A stretch of 63,989 bases of DNA, filler included, from Licmophora abbreviata (Eukaryota), in the NCBI GenBank assembly GCA_900291995.1. It is 9 parts of 9 records of this genome, joined end to end, with 100 filler letters (N's around TTAATTAATTAA, not from the genome) between each part and the next. Parts side by side here need not be neighbours in the genome. Positions count along the whole stretch, not along the records: positions 24,182 to 48,106 come from OLMU01004661.1; 8 more parts are not named here. The stretch is one strand, 5' to 3'. The translations under genes and the position numbers were made by a program. Positions 33,007 to 45,621 of the stretch are shown here, one piece after another. The first letter of the stretch is position 1, and every line of letters begins with the position of its first letter. The notes below the pieces were generated by a model that made no database searches, was not told the DNA's origin, and worked only from the letters and a program-made list of their open reading frames with translations.

Positions 33007-33857
33007 ATGCTGCGTATCTTCAATGCACTTTGGTGCCTACTGGGAATAGCACAAGGAGTCAATTCTTTCACTGGCGTTGTGCGACATCATGCCACCGCTC
33101 GTCGTGGATCTGCATCTGGCGCAATCCGTCTCGATGCATCGACCGGGCCAAGTTCCTTCAGTGCGACCCCTGACGATGCCATAACTTTAGAAGAACGTTC
33201 ATGTGATGCGACGTCGCTTTCCAATCGTCGGCGAATCATTCAATCATCAACACTCTTGCTTGCATCTGCTGTCTTCCAACGTCGTCCTGCATGGGCTGAA
33301 CGCAGCTTAGGGACTGTCACAGAGTCCTACCGACGATACGTTCCGAGAATGGAAGCAGGCTTTAGCTACCTTGCTATTGATCTCAAAGACATGATAAAGA
33401 AGGGAGACACAGAGGCGGTGGCTGCTGAAATTACAGCTGAGAAAGGAACGAAGATGAGCGCCATGAAGGGCACAATGAAGGTGAGTGAACAAGAGGAATT
33501 CAAGTCTGACAGTATGTTGAGCTTTGTTCCACATATGTCCACTCAGCAAGCCCTTTCCACACCCATGTTCAGATCTTTGCGACTGCCTTTTCTGATTCAG
33601 TCCTTAGTGCTTCTACAAGAGAACTTCAGTTGGCGGAGCTCAAGACGTCGGAAGAACTCAACGACATTGTGAAGGCCCTACAATCGGCCGACGTGAACAA
33701 GGCGCTTGAGTCTCATCGTCGAGCCGTCTACTTTGCGCAGGTTTACGCCGAAACTGCGAACGGCCTTATCCCAAGATCTCTTGATCCCATAGTTGGACCT
33801 TTAGGAGTCGGGAAACGACTTGCCGATCGCGATCAAAGTGTAACCGGGGCGTTCTGA
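33007..33857 (+). CDS. Thylakoid-lumen-targeted helical protein (possibly PsbQ-like), intron 33481-33572
   Basis: Tripartite targeting: signal peptide ..GVNS|F, transit peptide, then twin-Arg lumen signal NRRRIIQSSTLLLASAVFQRRPAWA|E. Confidence 0.65.
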
Positions 33858-33973
33858 GAGACTGACTCTTCGAGCTAACAATACTCTAACTACAATGCAG
33901 CAACTCTCGATTCCATTCTCTAGTAGCTTGTGGCGAATTGCACTTTCCAGACGAGAAGAATTCCAGAGAATCT

Positions 33974-34542
33974 CTACCACCCATCATCGGCTTCCTCTGC
34001 GATTCTCTTCTTCTCTTCTTCCGTCATCTTGAGCTCATCTGCCTCTGCGCCTCCACTCTCCTTCAGAGCGGCCTCCAATTGGCTCGTCAACGATCCCAAA
34101 TCTGACACAGAACTGACCTCTATGTCTTCCATGAGCTTACCAGCGAGCTGGGTGGACATATTGTCGGACAGTCCGCCCCCGCGCTGCTTGGAACGCTCTC
34201 CTTGTGCTTCCGTAAACGCAACCAGTCCAACTCCAGCGGCAAGGCCGGCCACAGCGATTCCGGCTCCCATGACGACGTTTTCTTGGGAGACAAGGGGAGA
34301 ACAGCGCGTCAGACTATGATACATGACCTAGATGATACAAAGCTGTAATGGCACGGTGATGCGAGGCACTTACGATCCACCATCTGCAAGGCCGTCGAGG
34401 TACGACGTGTGATGTGGGAAGTCGACGACGGCATCATTCGTCGCTGCATGGAAGGGATTCCATTGCCTTTTGGGACAAAAGCGAACCCAGAAGTCACCGA
34501 CGGCGAGGCAGCAATACAACAAGCAACCAAGAGGGATTTCAT
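33974..34542 (-). CDS. Small plastid single-TM membrane protein of unknown function, intron about 34282-34373
   Basis: Signal peptide MKSLLVACCIAA..TSG|FAF, transit peptide ending ALQM, TM segment GAGIAVAGLAAGVGLVAF. Confidence 0.7.
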
Positions 34543-34873
34543 GGTTCTGACTGTCTCTGTATCTGATGCTGTGGTGGAGCCACCGGTCTGAGAATTATGA
34601 GAAGATGTGCCATTGTGATGCTCTGGTCGATGACATCAGTCACAGCATGAATTTTGTCGTAGAATGTACGGATCCCTTCCGTACTAAAATTCCGGCGCGG
34701 GTTTTTTCTGGATTCCTATCCCCGTAACCTATGGTCTACAGCTTCTACAGGAACAAGGAACTTTATGTTCAACAGATTCCGCGCTCTGTCAACCATCACA
34801 CCAGAGCATCACAGCTTTCAATCAAAACACACAACCAGCACACGCCCAAATCACACCATGACGGAACGACGGC

Positions 34874-36918
34874 ATGTCGGTCACTTCGTCGTCGCCCAGG
34901 ATCACCACTGCAGTAGCTCGCTACCACGATGGACACTTTCAAATTGCAGCGCAAGAATTTCAAGATCTGTCCAACGAACCGAACTTGCGGAAACAAAGCA
35001 AGAAGCGACCACGCGAGAACATTGCCAATGACGCCGTCAGCAATTGGACTAGGCTCATGCTTGTCGCCGACGCGGAGCTGTCTCGGGCAAGAGCGAGTGG
35101 GATCATGTCAGACTATGAAAGAGCGTTAGATGCGAACCGACGCTTTACACAGGCTCTGCGGATATCCAGCGGTAGTCCGACCTCCGATCTAATTTCGCAG
35201 GTATTGCTCGCCACTGTGTCTGAAGTGTGGCTGCACGCTCGAATGGACCAGATCGACATGGCACGGCATTCTGCCTTGGAATGTCTACAGTGGGCTGCGT
35301 CAGCGGCTCTTAACTTGAAAGATCGCATGCTGACTGAGCATGAGGCGTTGATGTTGCTAGGGGCAAACCTTTCCGACGAAACACGGGACAATTTTCTTCG
35401 ACTCCTGCACGCGCTATCAGTCGTCAACCTCCATGCATCGCAACGAGCTCATACACATTCGTCGATAGAGACGGAGGATGAAGAAAATGATAGCACTCTT
35501 GAAGTTCAGAAATCTATCGTTTATGCACTGTCGTTTCATGGTTTGCCGAGCAAGAAGGACAAACGCAATGCTCTTCTGGAGCGAGCAGCCGCGACCGACA
35601 AGCAATCGAGAAGGCTACGGGCACTGGTCCATGCAGTGGAATCGATGGAAGGCGAGAACAGTGTCGATGAGTCTACAGTATACTCTCTAGACCAACTGGC
35701 CAGTCGAGTTTCTGCTTCAGAAATGAACCTGTTGGGCTGCCTGTTGGCTCGTCGAGATCTGCAACTTGCCTTGCAGACGTTGGATTCTTCCAGACGAACG
35801 CGCGGGGCAACAAATTGTGAAATGTGGAGAGGTACGTCGAGAACAGGACAATGTCTTGCTTGCTTGTCGCGTGAGCTTCAGCTTGTTTGTCGTTGTTCAC
35901 ACTTCCGAACCGATACTCCTTAGAAACTGCTTCAAACACGGCCGAATGTTTGCTGCTGAACGGAGAGCCACGTCGCGCGAAATTGATTCTTCTTGAGTCG
36001 TCGTGTCGCGTCGATGCAGACTTGACTCATACTTCCAATAGAGTCGGTGCGCAATTTTACTTGTCCCAAAGACCATTGGCTTTGCGGGCATCATCTTCCG
36101 ACCTATGGAGGGCATACTGCGCGGCTTCTCTGGACCAAGACCACGCTGCCGCCCTCGCTTTTGCCGAGACGCTAAATTGTCAGTCTGAATCCGAGAGCTC
36201 TGTTGCTGCTTATGCCTTTGCGCTACTACAGGGGCAGCGACCAACGATAGCCTTTGAAGTATGTCAACAACACCCTCCAGGTGACTGTCCCGCGTTGGCG
36301 GTTGCTCTTCGTAGTTATCAAGCGCAAGCGGCGCTTTCACAACACATGAGTAATACCTCTTCTTTCTTCGCAGCCGATGCCTGCTGCCTTGCAATGGAGA
36401 GTGCTAAAGTCGCTGCGAACGGACTTGATGCCGCGTGCTCGTTTGAAGCACTGACCTTGCGCGTATGCACGCAAAGCAATTTGGGTGTAGCAAAATTGAT
36501 GGTCGGCGACAGCGATGTCGCCCTCGATTGCTTTCGAGATGCCATAAGACTATCGGACTCACCAACAAGTTGCAACCGTGACATGCGACCTCATTTTAAT
36601 CTTTGTTTGCTTCTCTGGCGACGAGGAAACGTGGAGGAGGCAGCTTCGGTGTGGCAGGCCGCTCGCCAGTTCAACGTCGGAGGTGAGAGTCTAGTCACCA
36701 CTCTGCAACGGACTGCCAGTATGCTTCGCCAGAGCCAACCGGACAGCCCTAGCATGCAATTGCAATCTCCTGTGAAGCCATGGTGCGCAGGCGCGGTACA
36801 CGGAATCGATTCGAAGCAAATATTTCTGATGGACTGTCTCGTATTGCAGACATTGGTGGCCGCCAGAGAGTTCCAAATTACGAGCAACTGTGTCGACGAA
36901 CTTCTACTCCATAGCTAA
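34874..36918 (+). CDS. TPR/helical-repeat protein, intron 35832-35923
   Basis: A phase-1 GTACGT..TTAG intron joins the two ORFs. TPR-like segments NLGVAKLMVGDSDVALDCFRDAI and FNLCLLLWRRGNVEEAASVW. Confidence 0.6.
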
Positions 36919-37045
36919 GAGTTCTTTTTTAAGAGAGAATGCCTGCTGTACGTTATCAATTCCGTCGTCTGCAACATGTTGAGAACGTATCGATGCTTAG
37001 TCGCATATAGTGCCCTTCGACTGCATCCTAGCAATACGAAGACTG

Positions 37046-37635
37046 CTACAACATGCAGCTCACAAATGCCCCCGATGCTAGACCCATTGTTGCCATCCGC
37101 TCCTTATTCATCATGCCGTCAAAGGATTCGCGAAACCCCTCTGGCTTCAAACGTCGGCGGACCTGCACCCTAAAGTCATCCACCACGTTCACAACGCTCT
37201 GCTTTACCATCTGAGCCGTCTGCATATTTTCCTTCGGGATTCGCTCCAGAGCACCGGCGGCATTTAGAGCCTCTGATCTAACTTATGGAAAAGGAAAAGA
37301 CGTGAGTCAGTCAGCAGCGACGGCGCCGGTCTACGTACAAGTAACATAGCGCGCATCAACATAACGTTCAGATATGTAACTCACGCGATGAAGCAAGCTC
37401 CCGCGACCTTGACAAAGCCAACTGCCTTGTTGATGACAATTCTGGTCCCTGTGAAGCCCAGGGCCGCACCGCAGGCGAACTTTCCTGCCGGCGGAAGCTC
37501 ATCGTATTGTTCTTTCACCGACTCAAAGATACCGAGGCTCGATGTTTCGTCAGCCTTCGAGTACGAGATCTTTCCCGAGACACTCAGCATCGCCAAGCAA
37601 CCGATTGCGATCGTTCTCAAACTAGCGATCTTCAT
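37046..37635 (-). CDS. FUN14-like small membrane protein, intron about 37278-37384
   Basis: GAALGFTGTRIVINKAVGFVKVAGACFIA plus a C-terminal MGLASGAFVSCML; hydrophobic N-terminal leader. Confidence 0.5.
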
Positions 37636-38276
37636 GGTAGTACGATAAAGGACAATGCTTGTGGAAGAAGTCAACGTGGCTTGTATGACACCGGCAGCGG
37701 CTGTACCGTTAGTCTATGTGCTGTGTTTCTTGACACGCGTTTTGTTGGCGCACCTCTCGTGTGCTCATATCCCGTCGATACCGCTGTACGAGAAGCGAAG
37801 CGTCAACTTCTGAAAAGCAAAGTGACTGGGCCCTCTCTGCAATAGGTCTCTATCGCCGGTGATCCATCGGCGGCAAACATGTAGTCCACAACTGGCTATC
37901 CTATCAACCTAGTGTTATAAATCAGGACGGTATAGACGCTACCAGCGGAACGCTAAATTGGTCTACAGCGGAACAAGTTGTAGTCTCTGGCGACTTTACT
38001 TCAATCCTTCCATCCTCTGTACTACAGAACTAAAATCCAGGTCAGCAGTTCAGCAGAAGTCATCTACGACGAGTCTAGAGAATTGAAGAGAACAAGCGGG
38101 GCCGTTTGAGTTGGATGCTCGGGCTGTTACTTTTGGCGACAACTTTCTTACATTAAAGGGGGCGCGGACGCTGTTGTGGCGGTCTCATTTACCATGACAC
38201 TGACAGGCAGTACGTTCACATACTTCTTCCCGGCAAGTCTTCATGGACATGTTCGCATAACCGTCCCATTTTTAAT

Positions 38277-41200
38277 CTAACCAGTCTTTGGACGCTTCGA
38301 ATCCTTCGTACTCTTGTCGTTGGGATTTTCATGCCTCTTCGCCCCTGATCGTATACTCCTTCCAAGCTTACCAAACGATGGCGAAAGTAGATCCAGCAGA
38401 AGGGCGTCGTCTCTTACCCAGATCTTTACTCGAACCTTGTCGAATACTTGGATCGTGGTGACAGCACCATCAAGTTTGTACAATAGTCGATGGTGTTCTG
38501 CGTCACGGTGCAAATTCTGGTCGTTCGAGGAGATATTCGATAGCAAGACCCTACCTTCGATACCGTAGCGAGGTACAATGACAGTAAAAGACGGGTCATT
38601 GACTTCGTCAGTTTCAACATCCAACACGTACGCATCTTCCTCCTTAAAGCCGTCACCCGAAAAGAACATAAGAGTATGAAGCTGCACACTTGCTCTACCT
38701 GCGAGCTGCGCGGAGCGATGCCTTCGATTCATGTTTGCGGCAATGTCATGCAAATTTGACTTGGAGGATAGGTGCACAGGCAGCGGCGAGACGCCAATGG
38801 CAGACGCGAGCAGTCGATGTACACAGACATCGGCATATCTGAAAGTGAACGAAAAGAGTGTAAGCGAAGAGTAAAATTTTGGCATCTACGACTACAGCTG
38901 TTGGCGTTTACCTTCGAATCGGAGAAGTGAAATGGGTGTAAACTGGGGCAGCAAGTCCATAGTGGTGCCACTCGGTCGGTTTATACTCACCAGAGCAGAA
39001 GTACTGCGCTGGTGACATGCATCTTGTCGACAAGATACGTAAGAGCTTGTTGAAGTAAGGGTCAGACTCCATTTGCGCGGCATCGAGCGAGTCAGCGAGC
39101 CGCTTCGAGTCTTCGATATCAAGCTCGAAGCCACGACATCTAGCCTTGCTAATCAAGGTATCGAACATACCTCGATTTGGCGCAGGGTGTCGTCGCAGAA
39201 TTGACAGCGTGGGATAGTGCCTAAGAATCTTCTTTGCCACTGTGACGTTGGCGAGTAGCATGAACTCTTCAACAAGGGCATTCGCTTCCAGCAATGCGTA
39301 TGCCTGCACGTCAGTGGGATTCAACGATTCGCTGTCCAAGACGAACTTCACCTCCGGACTTGCGAGAGTCAAAGCCCCCGCGGCAATTCGCCGTGCGCGA
39401 AACTTCCGTGCGAGCGAAGCAAGTCGCTTCACAGCGCCAGCTTGGATACTGGTCTCGCCTTCCGGTTGGTCAATCAGACTTTGTGCCTGCTGGTACGTCA
39501 GCGCCGCTATGGAATGGATTATTGTCTTCTTGAAGTCGACCTGAATGATCTCAGCCTCAGGCGTAACTTCCCATAGGACAGAGAACGCATATCTAAGAAA
39601 CAATAGAACAACAGCGTGAGGTCGCGAATGCTAGACAGCAGGCATCGGTGAAGTGTCATACCTGTCGACTTCACACTTCAAGCTGCATAAATCGGTCGTG
39701 AGCAGTCCTGGAAGCATATCTAAGCGCTTGTTCACAAGATAAGTCGACGTGGATCGATTCGCTGCTTCTAAATCAATAGCTGTCAAAGCTTTCACATAGT
39801 GAGTCACGTCCGCAATGTGTACGCCCATCTGGTAGTTACCGTTCGGGAGAACGACGCAGTGCAGCGCATCGTCAATATCTTTACACCCTGGAGGATCAAT
39901 AGACAGCACGGGCAAGTGTCGCAGATCAGTCCGGCCTGGACTACTCTCCATATCAATACTGTAGTCTTCAGGGGGTAAGCACGCGAGAACCTTTCGCGGA
40001 GAATCGCACATCCGGTGAGCAAAAGTAGAACTAAGCGAGCGACATCTCTAAGACTTTCTCCAGGCAAACTCACCTTTGCAGGAAACGCTTCATGGGGAAT
40101 TTTGTGCTGTTGAAGAAGCACCTGTGTTTCAACGTCTGTCGACCCTGCTTCGCCCATAGACCGAACGTAGTGGCCGATCGGGTATCGAGAGTAAGCAGGC
40201 CACGAATCCATGGACACCAGGATTCGCTGCCCTACAAGTCGATCTCTCTGCATTGTGCGAATAAGAATTGGTGGAATTTTTGTATCCACTGGGAAGAATA
40301 CACACGACGAGCTCCCATCAGCGTGCTCAAACTCATGATCAGCTGCAATGTTATCTCGTTCCGACGATGGCTCCATAGAAGTCAACGACCGCTTTGCATA
40401 AATCGATCCACAGTACGACGCAAAGCTCCTTCGCAAGATTCCCACGACAAAGCCAGTGGGATGAAGCATCTTGGCAACATGTTCGACTGATAGTTCGTCT
40501 GGGACATTATCCATATCTTTCGCTGATGGTTCCGCAGTTTCGCTAGCTATCCCTACATGCGCAGCCTGGGGCACATCATCCTTCGGTCTAGAAGTCGAAA
40601 TCCACTGCGAAAGAGGATGCAGGGAAATGGCAACGACGTCACCATCGATTGCTCGATTTCGCTGTTTCCATCCTTCAATAGTTACAGCGATGCGCTCTTC
40701 ACCACGACGGATAGTAACAATTGCAGTTGACGGGCCTGTTGATCGAATTACACCTCGGTGATACTGACCTGACTTGACGCCATGCGATAGCTGCATGGAG
40801 TCTACATGTTGTTCAAAGTGCAGCTGCTGTGGCTTGTCCTGATCAGCTAGTCTCTGACCATCATACTGCGCTACCAGATCAGAAAGTGCCAGACCTGGAC
40901 TATGCCTCTCGAGCTCCCTGACATAATGTCGCACAGATAAGGCTTCATATCCATCATCCTTCTCTACCTTCGCCCTAGAGCCGGCATCGTCAGTGAGAAG
41001 AATAACGCGAACATTCGATCCTTGCAGTTGCCCTGCATAGAATTCAGCAACGTTTCGGATTCTCTCGTCGTTCACGTCGTTGATTGAGTCACCTTCCGAC
41101 TCGTCGACGTGTGCTGTCTCCGCGTGATGCGGGTCTGCAAAGAAAATTACGAGTCTATGCTTACTCGCTGCGCGAAGAAGTTCCACAGTTCGATCATACG

Positions 41201-41603
41201 CAGTCAACTGGTTGGCCCTGCACTCCACGAGCGCTGTCTGGGGGATAACAAGATTGGGAATGGCGTCCGTCGACTGCTCCAATACGTCAAGGTTGTGTAG
41301 CAAAACGTTGGTATCGCAAATGACTAGTGGGGCAGACTCGTGGAGTAGTGATATCAGCTCAGTAGTGGTCTCAATGGCCTGCGGCTTCCCCACCACCGCT
41401 TCTTTGACGCGTCGTTTTGCGCGGCTCTCTTGATTGTCGACATAGTACGAACCCAGTCCCAGATCATCCCGAATGTATCGTTCGGTCACGGTCTTGAGAA
41501 CTTTTCCTCGCTTTCTTGTCTGGCGAAAAAAAGAAAGACGGTCGTAGAGCAGTGGCGCGTTTGCGCTTTCGATTCCATCAGGACCGGCACTTTCACCGTC
41601 CAT
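38277..41603 (-). CDS. DIS3: Exosome catalytic subunit DIS3/Rrp44, three introns (about 39992-40072, 39594-39661, 38840-38911)
   Basis: PIN domain ([14 protein letters not shown]), RNB motifs [24 protein letters not shown] and [14 protein letters not shown], and an S1 domain. Confidence 0.96.
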
Positions 41604-41920
41604 TGTGTAGATATTGATGTATCAGTCTTCTTGTGGATGTGACACACGCAGCCGCCATCATCATCGTCGTGTGGTAATGAGAGAGTTGGATTCAACTTCC
41701 TGTCGTCGTCAGGATTTGTGTGGCCCTGGAACCATACGTTCGTCCTCATCCGCATCGCTCAACTTCAGAAACTCTTCCGTGTCGTTTCAAACAGGGTTTC
41801 CCGCGCTCTCGGAACATTCGTTCAAAGGCAGGAAAGGCACGGGGATACTATATTGTAGAATTATAAATTAAGTTCACTGTAGGATCCAATTGATGATGGA
41901 TTCCCGTAGAGCAGCGCCGT

Positions 41921-43936
41921 TCAGTCAGACTCAGACGACCCGTCGTTGGAGTTGTCGTTGCCGTTGGTGGCACTAGCAATCAGCCCCGCCAATGCCATGC
42001 TCCCGGAGTTGCGCTCGTCAGCAACATCGCTATCGCTCCTATCCTCCTTATCCGTCTCCGATGAGCGAGGTGTCGATGTATCATCTGTAATCCAGGATCG
42101 CTTCGTCGCAGTTGACGTTGGCGCTGCATGACGTTGATCAGTAGGTCGGCCCCGCTTCCTTTTTCGAGATGCGCGTGCTGTCCCAGCCGGTTCCTCTGCG
42201 ACAAAAGACAGTAGGTCACGCAAAGCATTTTGCCCTGCAGTCATTGAGTATATAGATTCATCGTCAGAAGACGCATGAATATTGCTTGTGACTGCTTCAT
42301 CGTCAACGCTAGTATCATAGAGAAGAAAGTTTACTCCGGGACGAGTTCTTCTACCAGCCTCTGACGCACTCACTCCGCTGCTGCCTCCCGTCACGCCGGT
42401 CAATAACGCATGTAGAGCAGCGCGACCATTTCCAATAGAGTAATCGGTTTCAGAATCGTCATCACGAACGGTAGCATTGACGGTTGTAGTGGGTGTTGCG
42501 TGAGGGAATGGTGCGAAACAGCCCCGTTCTAACAATGTATTCATCGAAACCCGAATCCCACGTTGCACCTCAGCGGTTATATCTCTGGGGAGAACAACCT
42601 CATAGGGGACGGCGGTCGGTATAGCTGCGGCGTCATGCGTTGACGTTGAGTCCCTCGATAGTGAAACACTTGCTGCGCCATGTTCTGTATGATTGGCTGG
42701 CGGAGAGTTGTCGACCGTTGTCCCGTTGAGTTCATTATAACGAAGCTTCTGGGAGGGCAATAAATGGACGACGTTCGTATCGCTTGCAGCCGGCGGAGCA
42801 TCTTCGATCGGCATCGGGCTGTCCCGGAGCGTATGCTCGACTGCGGCCCACTCAGCGACGGAGGACGGTCCGTACAAGGGCTCCATGGCTGATTTTATTC
42901 GTTCTTTTTGCCTTGCCGCAGGATCGTTCTGTATTGATCTGATTTGAAGGGACTTGATCTGAGCGCGATAGTTTGTCAAAGTTGATTTCAACTCGTTGGG
43001 GAGTGTAGTCGGGGCGTTTGCTGGCAACACAAACAGCGGCATGTGCATCGGCGTATCTCTATTGTTGCCGACACCCTCCGTTGTAGTATCTTTCTGTAAA
43101 GAGCTTCTGAATCCATAAGGATAGTCCGCATGACCAGCCAAAGCTTCAAGTCCACACGGGCCAGTGTACTCGCAAAGATCCAGCACGGGAAGCAGTCGAT
43201 CAATAATCGAAATGACATCCATCGCCACTCCACAGTTGCAGTTCCATTCATCGTGTTCCTCCTTTCTACAAAAACGTTCCCACAGTGACATTCTACATTC
43301 TTGACAGTCCGCTTGTCGTGCCAGCGACTCATCCCGGACGCGCTGCATCATCGCATAGTGCTTTCGCGCCACACGGATCCTGCTCTGAAAGGAACGTCGG
43401 TGGAGAGCCTTTGGATTCTCCCCCTGGATGCCAAGAGGAAGCATTTGCAACTGACGAGTCGTTTGTCGGGGCAGCGGAGACGTTTCGTACAGGGAATATA
43501 GACAAAAGATCGCATACGAAGCTTGATCCAACATGCAGGAGTGCGAATGGTGAGACTTCGAGCATGCGACTTCGAGTAGTGACAAGCAGGATGCAAACAT
43601 GAGCTGAGCATAGGAGTCCCGATCACATCTCGGCGGAAGTGTCCTCGTGTGAAGGAACGCCAAATTGGCGTTCCCAAAGACAGTTCTGAACATGGCAAAG
43701 ACTTCTCCGGTCGCACTGTGCTGTAGGCTTGGCGAAAAGGGATGAGTCCTCTGTCCCGTCTCATGGCGTACCACAGCCTCCAGGAACGCTGGACGCGTCT
43801 CAGTAAGGTCTTTTTCGATTGCTTGTTGAACAGGACCTCCACGATCAAAGGCGTCGTTCGCATTTGAAGAATTATTGGTCTCCTCTGGACTGCGTTTGTT
43901 TCCGTAAATGGGCTGGCGGAGCCGATAGGGCAACAT
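41921..43936 (-). CDS. SNAPC1: snRNA-activating protein complex subunit 1 (SNAP43)-like
   Basis: N-terminal pattern FAMFRTVF..NLAFLH...AIFCLYSLYETSP...RIRV matches the SNAPc_SNAP43 domain; disordered C-terminus with NLS RKRKR. Confidence 0.6.
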   Translation of the reverse strand: MLPYRLRQPIYGNKRSPEETNNSSNANDAFDRGGPVQQAIEKDLTETRPAFLEAVVRHETGQRTHPFSPSLQHSATGEVFAMFRTVFGNANLAFLHTRTLPPRCDRDSYAQLMFASCLSLLEVACSKSHHSHSCMLDQASYAIFCLYSLYETSPLPRQTTRQLQMLPLGIQGENPKALHRRSFQSRIRVARKHYAMMQRVRDESLARQADCQECRMSLWERFCRKEEHDEWNCNCGVAMDVISIIDRLLPVLDLCEYTGPCGLEALAGHADYPYGFRSSLQKDTTTEGVGNNRDTPMHMPLFVLPANAPTTLPNELKSTLTNYRAQIKSLQIRSIQNDPAARQKERIKSAMEPLYGPSSVAEWAAVEHTLRDSPMPIEDAPPAASDTNVVHLLPSQKLRYNELNGTTVDNSPPANHTEHGAASVSLSRDSTSTHDAAAIPTAVPYEVVLPRDITAEVQRGIRVSMNTLLERGCFAPFPHATPTTTVNATVRDDDSETDYSIGNGRAALHALLTGVTGGSSGVSASEAGRRTRPGVNFLLYDTSVDDEAVTSNIHASSDDESIYSMTAGQNALRDLLSFVAEEPAGTARASRKRKRGRPTDQRHAAPTSTATKRSWITDDTSTPRSSETDKEDRSDSDVADERNSGSMALAGLIASATNGNDNSNDGSSESD

Positions 43937-45621
43937 GATTTAGTGTTACGATTGCGTGCACCCGTCGTTGCGATTCTCCGAAATGATCCAAGCCTTATTA
44001 TGATACTCCTTCCTCACAATCAACCCCATGGTGTGTAAATTAGAAAAAGGTTGACAGAGACGGAGAGGCAACGCAATTGAGCTGAGTTATGATACACAAC
44101 ACATCTCGCCATCGTCAATTTCAAGAGTAGTCGCGCGCAGCAAAAAAATAAGGGTCGTGACTTCATCATCAACCGCGGCGCGCGGCTAGACTCTATCATA
44201 CGATTCGCAACCACATCACATTATAAGTCATCACTAAAACCCCCGTCGGCGTGTACCGTGTGATTCGGCGGACGGTATGTGATGGCTTGGTGGTCCATCA
44301 TACCTATGCGGTCAGAAGAACATTCCAACATGATGATCTAGTCCAATGTGTCCAGTCAATATTTTTGTCCCGGAGAACCCCGACCGGAGTGCAACATCAC
44401 GGCACCACAGCGGCCACATCAGCTACGCGATGGTTCCTTTCTGGAGAGACTCTATACTTCCGCCTTCTTCAGTAGCCTATACTGCACCGTAGTTCATGGC
44501 AAATCGCGAGGTCTCGAATGAGTCGGAGTTTGCTTGGATGACGGCTCTGGATTAATTTTATGCAGAACACTCACTCATTGACGCTCTTGACGACCACACG
44601 CGACTATACCACGATGTCGATTGCATAGAACCGCATATGTACCAGGGAGACCCAGTCGCTCTATATTTCACGGCTCTCGAGAAGGGGTCATGATAGTGAG
44701 GCGCAGGAACGAAACTCGACATGCTTCAATTTCGTTCGTGTCCAGCAGAGCCAGCACACTGATAGCAGCAGTCGAACGAAGGCGATCATTGTCGTAGGAG
44801 GTATGACTCCTCCACCCTCAGCACCGCCACGGTGGACGAGGTGGCTACGGTGGCAGATATGATCGTGGGAGATTCCTTACTTTCCCATGGAAGTCGAGTG
44901 GGCATCGGAGCAGGGGTAAGTGGCCTCGCGACACCCAACCCGCACCAACTCAGCGTACTATCTATTGCTGTGGATCGCAATGGGGAAACGAATTCGTTCT
45001 AGTAAAACAGAGATTCACAAACAAAAAATCAAACTATACATGGTTCTATCTCGCAAAGGACCAATCCTGACTAGCGGCGTGGGATGGCTCGCTTCTGCGT
45101 CGCACGCTCTGGGGCAACATCGGTGGTATTACTGCCCGGATCGGGAGACAGCTACTGTATCGGATTTGAAAGGTTCACGATTAGGAGCGTTCCTTCAACT
45201 TCCGACAGCTGAGCATATCACATCTCTTCTTCAGACAGCTTCAGACATCAGACAAATCATATACCTATTTCATACATCATGCAGGCGAAAGAAGTGCGAT
45301 GGTCTACCAGGCATACCGTGGTGATAGACACCGTCGCATTGGTTTGTACTCAATCCATCCTGATATTCTGATAAGGACGTTCTTGATTTATGCGCATTCT
45401 GACCGGCTCGCTTGAATTATGTACTCTATGAAACTGGCTCAAGCTGACAAAACCTCGACATCAGCGGGGATCAGCGGAGGACATCATCAATCTTTTGCAG
45501 GGCCGAAACACGCAACACCGTAACCGAACTATCTCGCAATCATAATTGTGCTTATCGATTCGTCGTCGAGTCCGCGTTGTCCTGGGAAAACAAAGAATCC
45601 TTCCTATTCACAGGCGGGAAG

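Noticed and set aside
35800..35930. Apparent frameshift or two genes in the TPR region
   Set aside because: Explained by the phase-1 intron at 35832-35923.
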